A stretch of 64,000 nucleotides of DNA from the NCBI GenBank assembly GCA_030390025.1, contig CM059453.1, forward strand, positions 6,882,001 to 6,946,000. The letters run 5' to 3'. The DNA comes from Squalus acanthias (Eukaryota). A program made the position numbers and the translations under genes. The notes under the pieces are model-generated. The model searched no databases. It was not told the DNA's origin and was given only the letters and a program-made list of their open reading frames with translations. Below are positions 63,401-64,000 of the stretch, piece after piece. How positions within the stretch are numbered: the stretch's first letter is position 1; every line of letters starts with the position of its first letter.

Positions 63401-64000
63401 AATATAACAGCGCTATTCAAGAAAGGAGGGAGAGAGAAAACAGAGAACTACAGGCTAGTTAGCCTGATATCAGTCGTCGTGAAACTGCTGGAATCCATTG
63501 ATAATGAAGTGGTAACAGGGCACTTAGAAAATCATAACATGATTCGGCAGAGTCAACATGGTTATATGAAAGGGAAACCGTGTTTGAAAAATTTATTACA
63601 GTTTTTTGAGGATGTAACTAGCAGGGTAGATCAAAGGGAATCAGTGGATGTAGTATATTTGGATTTCCAAAAAGGTATTCGATAAGGTGCCACATAAGAG
63701 GTTGTTACACAAGATTAGGGCTCGTGGAATTGGGGGTAATATAGTAGTGTGGATAGAGCATTGGTTAACGGGCAAAAAACAGAGAGTAGGGATAAACAGA
63801 TCTTTTTTCAGGTTGGCAGGGTGCAACTAGTGGGGTGCTGCAAGGATCAGTGTTGGGGCCTCAGCTATTTACAATCTATATTAATGACCTAGATGAAGGG
63901 ATCGAGTGTAATGTATCCAAGTTTGCTGACGATACAAAGCTTGGTGGGGCAGTAAGCTGTGAGGAGAACACAAATGATCTGCAAAAGGATATAGATAGAT

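Larger units (their letters stand above)
56566..64000 (+). mobile_element. Paralogous decayed CR1 LINE in gene 3 intron, interrupted by the Harbinger element and running off the window
   Basis: Colinear with 30516-33850; VVVGDSIFRG esterase motif; shares stops and frameshifts with the gene 2 copy. Confidence 0.92.

Noticed and set aside
8357-64000. Duplication as an assembly artefact (uncollapsed haplotypes)
   Set aside because: Three gene copies, several percent divergence, distinct TM exons and multiple unit-specific insertions and deletions fit real paralogs better. Long-read confirmation is still desirable.

Overview
Vertebrate genomic DNA, very probably a cartilaginous fish, judged from HE1/V-SINE, SacSINE1-like DeuSINE and abundant CR1 repeats. 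The window is a tandem array (period about 26-30 kb) of three minus-strand Siglec/MAG-like immunoglobulin-superfamily receptor genes. Each follows the plan leader, V-set, three C2-type domains, TM, cytoplasmic exon. Gene 1 (about 267/288-12510) and gene 2 (27862-40425, 488 aa, fully reconstructable) have nearly identical ectodomains but different membrane and cytoplasmic exons. Gene 1 has a neutral TM. Gene 2 and the partial gene 3 (53850-56097, 5' part beyond the window) have an Arg near the start of the TM (IRAAVAVLILI...E..SHR), resembling FcR-gamma-coupled activating receptors, and a short tail with one YxxL. Both visible V-set domains carry Lys where Siglecs have the essential Arg. This looks like a paired-receptor Siglec-like cluster. 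An intron of gene 3 holds a complete 4134-bp PIF/Harbinger DNA transposon (TIRs, TAT TSD, open transposase and spliced Myb/SANT gene), nested in a dead near-full-length CR1. A tandem dimer of Harbinger-type MITEs is present in only one duplication unit. The rest is CR1, other LINE and SINE fragments, a ~1.55-kb tandem repeat and a 50-bp minisatellite. All gene models were read by eye from splice signals and phases; no database search was run.
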